Source: the human T2T-CHM13v2.0 reference genome, Homo sapiens. From it: 64,000 bases of DNA. A program made the translations under genes and the position numbers. The notes below the pieces were generated by a model that was not told the DNA's origin, ran no database searches, and worked only from the letters and a program-made list of their open reading frames with translations. Location: assembly GCF_009914755.1 (NCBI RefSeq), contig NC_060938.1, one strand, 5' to 3'. Within the stretch, counting starts at the first letter, position 1, and each line of letters begins with the position of its first letter. This document shows positions 39,501-53,400 of this stretch, one piece after another.

Positions 39501-42500
39501 AAGATATTTGCTTTTTCACCGTAGGCCTCAGAGCGCTCCAAATATCCACTTGCACATACTACAAAAAGAGTGCCTCAAAGCTGCTCTCTGAAACGGAATG
39601 TTCAACTCTATGAGTTGAATGCAAACATCGCAAAGACGTTTCTGAGAATGCTTCTGTCTAGATTTGATATGAAGATATTCCCGTTTCCAACGAAATCTTC
39701 AAATCTATCCAAATGTCCACTTGCAGATTCAACAAAAAGTGTTTTTCAGAATTGCTCTATCAAAAGAAAGATCCACCTCTGTTAGCTGAGTTCACACATC
39801 ACAAACAAGTTTATGAGAATGCTTCTGTCTAGTTTTTATTTGAAGATATTTCCTTTCTCACCATAGAGCTGAAAGCTGTCCTAATGTTCACTTCCAGATA
39901 CTACAGAAAGAGTGTTTCAAAACTGCTGTACGAAAGGGAATGTTCAACTCTGTGACTTGAATGCACACATCACAAAGAAGTTTCTGAGGATGCTGCTGTC
40001 TACTTTTTATACGTAATCCCGTTTCCAACGAAATCCTCCAAGCTATCCAAATATCCACTTGCAGATTCCACAGAAAGACTGTTTCAAAACTGCTCTGTCA
40101 ATAGAAAGGTTCAACTCTGTTAGCTGCATGCATATATCCCAAAGAAGATTCTGAGATTGCTTCTGTCTAGTTTTTATGGGAAGATATTTCCCTTTTCACC
40201 GTAGGCGTCAAGGCGCTCCAAATGTCCACTTCCAGATACTACAAAAAGAGTGTTTCAAACCTACTCTGTGAAAGGGAATATTCAACTCTGTGACTTGAAT
40301 GCACATATCACAAGGAAGTTTCTGAGAATGCTTCTGTCGAGATTTTATATGAAGATATTCCCGTTTCCAACGAAATCCTGAAATCTATCCAAATATCCCC
40401 TCGCAGATTCTACAAAAAGAGTGTTTCAAAACTGCTCTGTAAAAAGAAAGGTTCAACTCTGTTAGTTGAGTACACACATCACAAACAAGTTTCACACAAT
40501 GCTTCTTTCTAGCTTGTAGGGGAAGATATTCCCTTTATCACCATGGGCCTCAAACCGTCCGATAAGTCCACTTCCATATACTACAAAAAGAGCATTTCAA
40601 ACCTGCTCTATGAAAGGCAATGTTCAACTCTGTGACTTGAATGCAGACATCACAGAGCAGTTTCTGAGAATGCTTCTGTCTAGATTTTATAGGAAGATAT
40701 TCCCGTTTCCAACGAAATCTTCACAGCTATCCAAATATCCACTTGCAGATTCTACAAAAAGAGTGTATCAAAACTGCTCTGTCAAAAGGAAGGTTCTTTT
40801 CTGTTAGGTGAGTGCATACGTCATAAAGGAGTTTCTGAGAATGTTTCTGTCTAGTGGTTATGGGAAGATATTTGCTTTTTCACCGTAGGCCTCAGAGCGC
40901 TCCAAATATCCACTTGCACATACTACAAAAAGAGTGCCTCAAAGCTGCTCTCTGAAACGGAATGTTCAACTCTATGAGTTGAATGCAAACATCGCAAAGA
41001 CGTTTCTGAGAATGCTTCTGTCTAGATTTGATATGAAGATATTCCCGTTTCCAACGAAATCTTCAAATCTATCCAAATGTCCACTTGCAGATTCAACAAA
41101 AAGTGTTTTTCAGAACTGCTCTATCAAAAGAAAGATCCACCTCTGTTAGCTGAGTTCACACATCACAAACAAGTTTATGAGAATGCTTCTGTCTAGTTTT
41201 TATTTGAAGATATTTCCTTTCTCACCATAGAGCTGAAAGCTGTCCTAATGTTCACTTCCAGATACTACAGAAAGAGTGTTTCAAAACTGCTGTACGAAAG
41301 GGAATGTTCAACTCTGTGACTTGAATGCACACATCACAAAGAAGTTTCTGAGGATGCTGCTGTCTACTTTTTATACGTAATCCCGTTTCCAACGAAATCC
41401 TCCAAGCTATCCAAATATCCACTTGCAGATTCCACAGAAAGACTGTTTCAAAACTGCTCTGTCAATAGAAAGGTTCAACTCTGTTAGCTGCGTGCATATA
41501 TCCCAAAGAAGATTCTGAGATTGCTTCTGTCTAGTTTTTATGGGAAGATATTTCCCTTTTCACCGTAGGTGTCAAGGCGCTCCAAATGTCCACTTCCAGA
41601 TACTACAAAAAGAGTGTTTCAAACCTACTCTGTGAAAGGGAATATTCAACTCTGTGACTTGAATGCACATATCACAAAGAAGTTTCTGAGAATGCTTCTG
41701 TCGAGATTTTATATGAAGATATTCCCGTTTCCAACGAAATGCTGAAATCTATCCAAATATCCCCTCGCAGATTCTACAAAAAGAGTGCTTCAAAACTGCT
41801 CTGTGAAAAGAAAGGTTCAACTCTGTTAGTTGAGTACACACATCACAAACAAGTTTCACAGAATGCTTCTTTCTAGCTTGTAGGGGAAGATATTCCCTTT
41901 ATCACCATGGGCCTCCAACCGTCCGAAACATCCACTTCCATATACTACAAAAAGAGCGTTTCAAACCTGCTCTATGAAAGGCAATGTTCAACTCTGTGAC
42001 TTGAATGCAGACATCACAGAGCAGTTTCTGAGAATGCTTCTGTCTAGATTTTATAGGAAGATATTCCCGTTTCCAACGAAATCTTCACAGCTATCCAAAT
42101 ATCCACTTGCAGATTCTACAAAAAGAGTGTATCAAAACTGCTCTGTCAAAAGGAAGGTTCTTCTCTGTTAGGTGAGTGCATACGTCATAAAGGAGTTTCT
42201 GAGAATGTTTCTGTCTAGTGGTTATGGGAAGATATTTGCTTTTTCACCGTAGGCCTCAGAGCGCTCCAAATATCCACTTGCACATACTACAAAAAGAGTG
42301 CCTCAAAGCTGCTCTCTGAAACGGAATGTTCAACTCTATGAGTTGAATGCAAACATCGCAAAGACGTTTCTGAGAATGCTTCTGTCTAGATTTGATATGA
42401 AGATATTCCCGTTTCCAACGAAATCTTCAAATCTATCCAAATGTCCACTTGCAGATTCAACAAAAAGTGTTTTTCAGAACTGCTCTATCAAAACAAAGAT

Positions 42501-45500
42501 CCACCTCTGTTAGCTGAGTTCACACATCACAAACAAGTTTATGAGAATGCTTCTGTCTAGTTTTTATTTGAAGATATTTCCTTTCTCACCATAGAGCTGA
42601 AAGCTGTCCTAATGTTCACTTCCAGATACTACAGAAAGAGTGTTTCAAAACTGCTGTACGAAAGGGAATGTTCAACTCTGTGACTTGAATGCACACATCA
42701 CAAAGAAGTTTCTGAGGATGCTGCTGTCTACTTTTTATACGTAATCCCGTTTCCAACGAAATCCTCCAAGCTATCCAAATATCCACTTGCAGATTCCACA
42801 GAAAGACTGTTTCAAAACTGCTCTGTCAATAGAAAGGTTCAACTCTGTTAGCTGCGTGCATATATCCCAAAGAAGATTCTGAGATTGCTTCTGTCTAGTT
42901 TTTATGGGAAGATATTTCCCTTTTCACCGTAGGTGTCAAGGCGCTCCAAATGTCCACTTCCAGATACTACAAAAAGAGTGTTTCAAACCTACTCTGTGAA
43001 AGGGAATATTCAACTCTGTGACTTGAATGCACATATCACAAAGAAGTTTCTGAGAATGCTTCTGTCGAGATTTTATATGAAGATATTCCCGTTTCCAACG
43101 AAATGCTGAAATCTATCCAAATATCCCCTCGCAGATTCTACAAAAAGAGTGTTTCAAAACTGCTCTGTGGAAAGAAAGGTTCAACTCTGTTAGTTGAGTA
43201 CACACATCACAAACAAGTTTCACAGAATGCTTCTTTCTAGCTTGTAGGGGAAGATATTCCCTTTATCACCATGGGCCTCCAACCGTCCGAAACATCCACT
43301 TCCATATACTACAAAAAGAGCGTTTCAAACCTGCTCTATGAAAGGCAATGTTCAACTCTGTGACTTGAATGCAGACATCACAGAGCAGTTTCTGAGAATG
43401 CTTCTGTCTAGATTTTATAGGAAGATATTCCCGTTTCCAACGAAATCTTCACAGCTATCCAAATATCCACTTGCAGATTCTACAAAAAGAGTGTATCAAA
43501 ACTGCTCTGTCAAAAGGAAGGTTCTTCTCTGTTAGGTGAGTGCATACGTCATAAAGGAGTTTCTGAGAATGTTTCTGTCTAGTGGTTATGGGAAGATATT
43601 TGCTTTTTCACCGTAGGCCTCAGAGCGCTCCAAATATCCACTTGCACATACTACAAAAAGAGTGCTTCAAAGCTGCTCTCTGAAACGGAATGTTCAACTC
43701 TATGAGTTGAATGCAAACATCACAAAGACGTTTCTGAGAATGCTTCTGTCTAGATTTGATATGAAGATATTCCCGTTTCCAACGAAATCTTCAAATCTAT
43801 CCAAATGTCCACTTGCAGATTCAACAAAAAGTGTTTTTCAGAACTGCTCTATCAAAAGAAAGATCCACCTCTGTTAGCTGAGTTCACACATCACAAACAA
43901 GTTTATGAGAATGCTTCTGTCTAGTTTTTATTTGAAGATATTTCCTTTCTCACCATAGAGCTGAAAGCTGTCCTAATGTTCACTTCCAGATACTACAGAA
44001 AGAGTGTTTCAAAACTGCTGTACGAAAGGGAATGTTCAACTCTGTGACTTGAATGCACACATCACAAAGAAGTTTCTGAGGATGCTGCTGTCTACTTTTT
44101 ATACGTAATCCCGTTTCCAACGAAATCCTCCAAGCTATCCAAATATCCACTTGCAGATTCCACAGAAAGACTGTTTCAAAACTGCTCTGTCAATAGAAAG
44201 GTTCAACTCTGTTAGCTGCATGCATATATCCCAAAGAAGATTCTGAGATTGCTTCTGTCTAGTTTTTATGGGAAGATATTTCCCTTTTCACCGTAGGCGT
44301 CAAGGCGCTCCAAATGTCCACTTCCAGATACTACAAAAAGAGTGTTTCAAACCTACTCTGTGAAAGGGAATATTCAACTCTGTGACTTGAATGCACATAT
44401 CACAAGGAAGTTTCTGAGAATGCTTCTGTCGAGATTTTATATGAAGATATTCCCGTTTCCAACGAAATCCTGAAATCTATCCAAATATCCCCTCGCAGAT
44501 TCTACAAAAAGAGTGTTTCAAAACTGCTCTGTAAAAAGAAAAGTTCAACTCTGTTAGTTGAGTACACACATCACAAACAAGTTTCACACAATGCTTCTTT
44601 CTAGCTTGTAGGGGAAGATATTCCCTTTATCACCATGGGCCTCAAACCGTCCGATAAGTCCACTTCCATATACTACAAAAAGAGCGTTTCAAACCTGCTC
44701 TATGAAAGGCAATGTTCAACTCTGTGACTTGAATGCAGACATCACAGAGCAGTTTCTGAGAATGCTTCTGTCTAGATTTTATAGGAAGATATTCCCGTTT
44801 CCAACGAAATCTTCACAGCTATCCAAATATCCACTTGCAGATTCTACAAAAAGAGTGTATCAAAACTGCTCTGTCAAAAGGAAGGTTCTTTTCTGTTAGG
44901 TGAGTGCATACGTCATAAAGGAGTTTCTGAGAATGTTTCTGTCTAGTGGTTATGGGAAGATATTTGCTTTTTCACCGTAGGCCTCAGAGCGCTCCAAATA
45001 TCCACTTGCACATACTACAAAAAGAGTGCCTCAAAGCTGCTCTCTGAAACGGAATGTTCAACTCTATGAGTTGAATGCAAACATCGCAAAGACGTTTCTG
45101 AGAATGCTTCTGTCTAGATTTGATATGAAGATATTCCCGTTTCCAACGAAATCTTCAAATCTATCCAAATGTCCACTTGCAGATTCAACAAAAAGTGTTT
45201 TTCAGAACTGCTCTATCAAAAGAAAGATCCACCTCTGTTAGCTGAGTTCACACATCACAAACAAGTTTATGAGAATGCTTCTGTCTAGTTTTTATTTGAA
45301 GATATTTCCTTTCTCACCATAGAGCTGAAAGCTGTCCTAATGTTCACTTCCAGATACTACAGAAAGAGTGTTTCAAAACTGCTGTACGAAAGGGAATGTT
45401 CAACTCTGTGACTTGAATGCACACATCACAAAGAAGTTTCTGAGGATGCTGCTGTCTACTTTTTATACGTAATCCCGTTTCCAACGAAATCCTCCAAGCT

Positions 45501-46373
45501 ATCCAAATATCCACTTGCAGATTCCACAGAAAGACTGTTTCAAAACTGCTCTGTCAATAGAAAGGTTCAACTCTGTTAGCTGCGTGCATATATCCCAAAG
45601 AAGATTCTGAGATTGCTTCTGTCTAGTTTTTATGGGAAGATATTTCCCTTTTCACCGTAGGTGTCAAGGCGCTCCAAATGTCCACTTCCAGATACTACAA
45701 AAAGAGTGTTTCAAACCTACTCTGTGAAAGGGAATATTCAACTCTGTGACTTGAATGCACATATCACAAAGAAGTTTCTGAGAATGCTTCTGTCGAGATT
45801 TTATATGAAGATATTCCCGTTTCCAACGAAATGCTGAAATCTATCCAAATATCCCCTCGCAGATTCTACAAAAAGAGTGTTTCAAAACTGCTCTGTGAAA
45901 AGAAAGGTTCAACTCTGTTAGTTGAGTACACACATCACAAACAAGTTTCACAGAATGCTTCTTTCTAGCTTGTAGGGGAAGATATTCCCTTTATCACCAT
46001 GGGCCTCCAACCGTCCGAAACATCCACTTCCATATACTACAAAAAGAGCGTTTCAAACCTGCTCTATGAAAGGCAATGTTCAACTCTGTGACTTGAATGC
46101 AGACATCACAGAGCAGTTTCTGAGAATGCTTCTGTCTAGATTTTATAGGAAGATATTCCCGTTTCCAACGAAATCTTCACAGCTATCCAAATATCCACTT
46201 GCAGATTCTACAAAAAGAGTGTATCAAAACTGCTCTGTCAAAAGGAAGGTTCTTCTCTGTTAGGTGAGTGCATACGTCATAAAGGAGTTTCTGAGAATGT
46301 TTCTGTCTAGTGGTTATGGGAAGATATTTGCTTTTTCACCGTAGGCCTCAGAGCGCTCCAAATATCCACTTGC
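24550..46373. repeat. Tandem duplication with an 8-HOR period (10912 bp) containing a nested 2-HOR (2728 bp) duplication
   Basis: The unit series C,A',C,A',B,B(gtggaaag),A(aagaaaagtt) at 24550-34097 is repeated at 35462-45009. The 95-aa minus-strand ORFs at 25204/27932 and 36116/38844 mark the C units. Confidence 0.88.
36609..36625 (-). other. CENP-B box with core CpG transition (TTCG>TTCA on the minus strand)
   Basis: Plus strand TCCCGTTTCCAATGAAA; C>T at 36621 (seen as FPMK in the ORF track). Confidence 0.88.
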
Positions 46374-49300
46374 ACATACTACAAAAAGAGTGCCTCAAAG
46401 CTGCTCTCTGAAACGGAATGTTCAACTCTATGAGTTGAATGCAAACATCGCAAAGACGTTTCTGAGAATGCTTCTGTCTAGATTTGATATGAAGATATTC
46501 CCGTTTCCAACGAAATCTTCAAATCTATCCAAATGTCCACTTGCAGATTCAACAAAAAGTGTTTTTCAGAACTGCTCTATCAAAACAAAGATCCACCTCT
46601 GTTAGCTGAGTTCACACATCACAAACAAGTTTATGAGAATGCTTCTGTCTAGTTTTTATTTGAAGATATTTCCTTTCTCACCATAGAGCTGAAAGCTGTC
46701 CTAATGTTCACTTCCAGATACTACAGAAAGAGTGTTTCAAAACTGCTGTACGAAAGGGAATGTTCAACTCTGTGACTTGAATGCACACATCACAAAGAAG
46801 TTTCTGAGGATGCTGCTGTCTACTTTTTATACGTAATCCCGTTTCCAACGAAATCCTCCAAGCTATCCAAATATCCACTTGCAGATTCCACAGAAAGACT
46901 GTTTCAAAACTGCTCTGTCAATAGAAAGGTTCAACTCTGTTAGCTGCGTGCATATATCCCAAAGAAGATTCTGAGATTGCTTCTGTCTAGTTTTTATGGG
47001 AAGATATTTCCCTTTTCACCGTAGGTGTCAAGGCGCTCCAAATGTCCACTTCCAGATACTACAAAAAGAGTGTTTCAAACCTACTCTGTGAAAGGGAATA
47101 TTCAACTCTGTGACTTGAATGCACATATCACAAAGAAGTTTCTGAGAATGCTTCTGTCGAGATTTTATATGAAGATATTCCCGTTTCCAACGAAATGCTG
47201 AAATCTATCCAAATATCCCCTCGCAGATTCTACAAAAAGAGTGTTTCAAAACTGCTCTGTGAAAAGAAAGGTTCAACTCTGTTAGTTGAGTACACACATC
47301 ACAAACAAGTTTCACAGAATGCTTCTTTCTAGCTTGTAGGGGAAGATATTCCCTTTATCACCATGGGCCTCCAACCGTCCGAAACATCCACTTCCATATA
47401 CTACAAAAAGAGCGTTTCAAACCTGCTCTATGAAAGGCAATGTTCAACTCTGTGACTTGAATGCAGACATCACAGAGCAGTTTCTGAGAATGCTTCTGTC
47501 TAGATTTTATAGGAAGATATTCCCGTTTCCAACGAAATCTTCACAGCTATCCAAATATCCACTTGTAGATTCTACAAAAAGAGTGTATCAAAACTGCTCT
47601 GTCAAAAGGAAGGTTCTTCTCTGTTAGGTGAGTGCATACGTCATAAAGGAGTTTCTGAGAATGTTTCTGTCTAGTGGTTATGGGAAGATATTTGCTTTTT
47701 CACCGTAGGCCTCAGAGCGCTCCAAATATCCACTTGCACATACTACAAAAAGAGTGCCTCAAAGCTGCTCTCTGAAACGGAATGTTCAACTCTATGAGTT
47801 GAATGCAAACATCGCAAAGACGTTTCTGAGAATGCTTCTGTCTAGATTTGATATGAAGATATTCCCGTTTCCAACGAAATCTTCAAATCTATCCAAATGT
47901 CCACTTGCAGATTCAACAAAAAGTGTTTTTCAGAACTGCTCTATCAAAACAAAGATCCACCTCTGTTAGCTGAGTTCACACATCACAAACAAGTTTATGA
48001 GAATGCTTCTGTCTAGTTTTTATTTGAAGATATTTCCTTTCTCACCATAGAGCTGAAAGCTGTCCTAATGTTCACTTCCAGATACTACAGAAAGAGTGTT
48101 TCAAAACTGCTGTACGAAAGGGAATGTTCAACTCTGTGACTTGAATGCACACATCACAAAGAAGTTTCTGAGGATGCTGCTGTCTACTTTTTATACGTAA
48201 TCCCGTTTCCAACGAAATCCTCCAAGCTATCCAAATATCCACTTGCAGATTCCACAGAAAGACTGTTTCAAAACTGCTCTGTCAATAGAAAGGTTCAACT
48301 CTGTTAGCTGCGTGCATATATCCCAAAGAAGATTCTGAGATTGCTTCTGTCTAGTTTTTATGGGAAGATATTTCCCTTTTCACCGTAGGTGTCAAGGCGC
48401 TCCAAATGTCCACTTCCAGATACTACAAAAAGAGTGTTTCAAACCTACTCTGTGAAAGGGAATATTCAACTCTGTGACTTGAATGCACATATCACAAAGA
48501 AGTTTCTGAGAATGCTTCTGTCGAGATTTTATATGAAGATATTCCCGTTTCCAACGAAATGCTGAAATCTATCCAAATATCCCCTCGCAGATTCTACAAA
48601 AAGAGTGTTTCAAAACTGCTCTGTGAAAAGAAAGGTTCAACTCTGTTAGTTGAGTACACACATCACAAACAAGTTTCACAGAATGCTTCTTTCTAGCTTG
48701 TAGGGGAAGATATTCCCTTTATCACCATGGGCCTCCAACCGTCCGAAACATCCACTTCCATATACTACAAAAAGAGCGTTTCAAACCTGCTCTATGAAAG
48801 GCAATGTTCAACTCTGTGACTTGAATGCAGACATCACAGAGCAGTTTCTGAGAATGCTTCTGTCTAGATTTTATAGGAAGATATTCCCGTTTCCAACGAA
48901 ATCTTCACAGCTATCCAAATATCCACTTGCAGATTCTACAAAAAGAGTGTATCAAAACTGCTCTGTCAAAAGGAAGGTTCTTCTCTGTTAGGTGAGTGCA
49001 TACGTCATAAAGGAGTTTCTGAGAATGTTTCTGTCTAGTGGTTATGGGAAGATATTTGCTTTTTCACCGTAGGCCTCAGAGCGCTCCAAATATCCACTTG
49101 CACATACTACAAAAAGAGTGCTTCAAAGCTGCTCTCTGAAACGGAATGTTCAACTCTATGAGTTGAATGCAAACATCACAAAGACGTTTCTGAGAATGCT
49201 TCTGTCTAGATTTGATATGAAGATATTCCCGTTTCCAACGAAATCTTCAAATCTATCCAAATGTCCACTTGCAGATTCAACAAAAAGTGTTTTTCAGAAC

Positions 49301-50465
49301 TGCTCTATCAAAAGAAAGATCCACCTCTGTTAGCTGAGTTCACACATCACAAACAAGTTTATGAGAATGCTTCTGTCTAGTTTTTATTTGAAGATATTTC
49401 CTTTCTCACCATAGAGCTGAAAGCTGTCCTAATGTTCACTTCCAGATACTACAGAAAGAGTGTTTCAAAACTGCTGTACGAAAGGGAATGTTCAACTCTG
49501 TGACTTGAATGCACACATCACAAAGAAGTTTCTGAGGATGCTGCTGTCTACTTTTTATACGTAATCCCGTTTCCAACGAAATCCTCCAAGCTATCCAAAT
49601 ATCCACTTGCAGATTCCACAGAAAGACTGTTTCAAAACTGCTCTGTCAATAGAAAGGTTCAACTCTGTTAGCTGCATGCACATATCCCAAAGAAGATTCT
49701 GAGATTGCTTCTGTCTAGTTTTTATGGGAAGATATTTCCCTTTTCACCGTAGGCGTCAAGGCGCTCCAAATGTCCACTTCCAGATACTACAAAAAGAGTG
49801 TTTCAAACCTACTCTGTGAAAGGGAATATTCAACTCTGTGACTTGAATGCACATATCACAAGGAAGTTTCTGAGAATGCTTCTGTCGAGATTTTATATGA
49901 AGATATTCCCGTTTCCAACGAAATCCTGAAATCTATCCAAATATCCCCTTGCAGATTCTACAAAAAGAGTGTTTCAAAACTGCTCTGTAAAAAGAAAGGT
50001 TCAACTCTGTTAGTTGAGTACACACATCACAAACAAGTTTCACACAATGCTTCTTTCTAGCTTGTAGGGGAAGATATTCCCTTTATCACCATGGGCCTCA
50101 AACCGTCCGATAAGTCCACTTCCATATACTACAAAAAGAGCGTTTCAAACCTGCTCTATGAAAGGCAATGTTCAACTCTGTGACTTGAATGCAGACATCA
50201 CAGAGCAGTTTCTGAGAATGCTTCTGTCTAGATTTTATAGGAAGATATTCCCGTTTCCAACGAAATCTTCACAGCTATCCAAATATCCACTTGGAGATTC
50301 TACAAAAAGAGTGTATCAAAACTGCTCTGTCAAAAGGAAGGTTCTTTTCTGTTAGGTGAGTGCATACGTCATAAAGGAGTTTCTGAGAATGTTTCTGTCT
50401 AGTGGTTATGGGAAGATATTTGCTTTTTCACCGTAGGCCTCAGAGCGCTCCAAATATCCACTTGC

Positions 50466-53400
50466 ACATACTACAAAAAGAGTGCCTCAAAGCTGCTCTC
50501 TGAAACGGAATGTTCAACTCTATGAGTTGAATGCAAACATCGCAAAGACGTTTCTGAGAATGCTTCTGTCTAGATTTGATATGAAGATATTCCCGTTTCC
50601 AACGAAATCTTCAAATCTATCCAAATGTCCACTTGCAGATTCAACAAAAAGTGTTTTTCAGAACTGCTCTATCAAAAGAAAGATCCACCTGTGTTAGCTG
50701 AGTTCACACATCACAAACAAGTTTATGAGAATGCTTCTGTCTAGTTTTTATTTGAAGATATTTCCTTTCTCACCATAGAGCTGAAAGCTGTCCTAATGTT
50801 CACTTCCAGATACTACAGAAAGAGTGTTTCAAAACTGCTGTACGAAAGGGAATGTTCAACTATGTGACTTGAATGCACACATCACAAAGAAGTTTCTGAG
50901 GATGCTGCTGTCTACTTTTTATACGTAATCCCGTTTCCAACGAAATCCTCCAGGCTATCCAAATATCCACTTGCAGATTCCACAGAAAGACTGTTTCAAA
51001 ACTGCTCTGTCAATAGAAAGGTTCAACTCTGTTAGCTGCGTGCATATATCCCAAAGAAGATTCTGAGATTGCTTCTGTCTAGTTTTTATGGGAAGATATT
51101 TCCCTTTTCACCGTAGGTGTCAAGGCGCTCCAAATGTCCACTTCCAGATACTACAAAAAGAGTGTTTCAAACCTACTCTGTGAAAGGGAATATTCAACTC
51201 TGTGACTTGAATGCACATATCACAAAGAAGTTTCTGAGAATGCTTCTGTCGAGATTTTATATGAAGATATTCCCGTTTCCAACGAAATGCTGAAATCTAT
51301 CCAAATATCCCCTCGCAGATTCTACAAAAAGAGTGTTTCAAAACTGCTCTGTGAAAAGAAAGGTTCAACTCTGTTAGTTGAGTACACACATCACAAACAA
51401 GTTTCACAGAATGCTTCTTTCTAGCTTGTAGGGGAAGATATTCCCTTTATCACCATGGGCCTCCAACCGTCCGAAACATCCACTTCCATATACTACAAAA
51501 AGAGCGTTTCAAACCTGCTCTATGAAAGGCAATGTTCAACTCTGTGACTTGAATGCAGACATCACAGAGCAGTTTCTGAGAATGCTTCTGTCTAGATTTT
51601 ATAGGAAGATATTCCCGTTTCCAACGAAATCTTCACAGCTATCCAAATATCCACTTGCAGATTCTACAAAAAGAGTGTATCAAAACTGCTCTGTCAAAAG
51701 GAAGGTTCTTCTCTGTTAGGTGAGTGCATACGTCATAAAGGAGTTTCTGAGAATGTTTCTGTCTAGTGGTTATGGGAAGATATTTGCTTTTTCACCGTAG
51801 GCCTCAGAGCGCTCCAAATATCCACTTGCACATACTACAAAAAGAGTGCTTCAAAGCTGCTCTCTGAAACGGAATGTTCAACTCTATGAGTTGAATGCAA
51901 ACATCACAAAGACGTTTCTGAGAATGCTTCTGTCTAGATTTGATATGAAGATATTCCCGTTTCCAACGAAATCTTCAAATCTATCCAAATGTCCACTTGC
52001 AGATTCAACAAAAAGGGTTTTTCACAACTGCTCTATCAAAAGAAAGATCCACCTCTGTTAGCTGAGTTCACACATCACAAACAAGTTTATGAGAATGCTT
52101 CTGTCTAGTTTTTATTTGAAGATATTTCCTTTCTCACCATAGAGCTGAAAGCTGTCCTAATGTTCACTTCCAGATACTACAGAAAGAGTGTTTCAAAACT
52201 GCTGTACGAAAGGGAATGTTCAACTCTGTGACTTGAATGCACACATCACAAAGAAGTTTCTGAGGATGCTGCTGTCTACTTTTTATACGTAATCCCGTTT
52301 CCAACGAAATCCTCCAGGCTATCCAAATATCCACTTGCAGATTCCACAGAAAGACTGTTTCAAAACTGCTCTGTCAATAGAAAGGTTCAACTCTGTTAGC
52401 TGCGTGCATATATCCCAAAGAAGATTCTGAGATTGCTTCTGTCTAGTTTTTATGGGAAGATATTTCCCTTTTCACCGTAGGCGTCAAGGCGCTCCAAATG
52501 TCCACTTCCAGATACTACAAAAAGAGTGTTTCAAACCTACTCTGTGAAAAGGAATATTCAACTCTGTGACTTGAATGCACATATCACAAGGAAGTTTCTG
52601 AGAATGCTTCTGTCGAGATTTTATATGAAGATATTCCCGTTTCCAACGAAATCCTGAAATCTATCCAAATATCCCCTTGCAGATTCTACAAAAAGAGTGT
52701 TTCAAAACTGCTCTGTAAAAAGAAAGGTTCAACTCTGTTAGTTGAGTACACACATCACAAACAAGTTTCACACAATGCTTCTTTCTAGCTTGTAGGGGAA
52801 GATATTCCCTTTATCACCATGGGCCTCCAACCGTCCGATAAGTCCACTTCCATATACTACAAAAAGAGCGTTTCAAACCTGCTCTATGAAAGGCAATGTT
52901 CAACTCTGTGACTTGAATGCAGACATCACAGAGCAGTTTCTGAGAATGCTTCTGTCTAGATTTTATAGGAAGATATTCCCGTTTCCAACGAAATCTTCAC
53001 AGCTATCCAAATATCCACTTGCAGATTCTACAAAAAGAGTGTATCAAAACTGCTCTGTCAAAAGGAAGGTTCTTTTCTGTTAGGTGAGTGCATACGTCAT
53101 AAAGGAGTTTCTGAGAATGTTTCTGTCTAGTGGTTATGGGAAGATATTTGCTTTTTCACCGTAGGCCTCAGAGCGCTCCAAATATCCACTTGCACATACT
53201 ACAAAAAGAGTGCCTCAAAGCTGCTCTCTGAAACGGAATGTTCAACTCTATGAGTTGAATGCAAACATCGCAAAGACGTTTCTGAGAATGCTTCTGTCTA
53301 GATTTGATATGAAGATATTCCCGTTTCCAACGAAATCTTCAAATCTATCCAAATGTCCACTTGCAGATTCAACAAAAAGTGTTTTTCAGAACTGCTCTAT

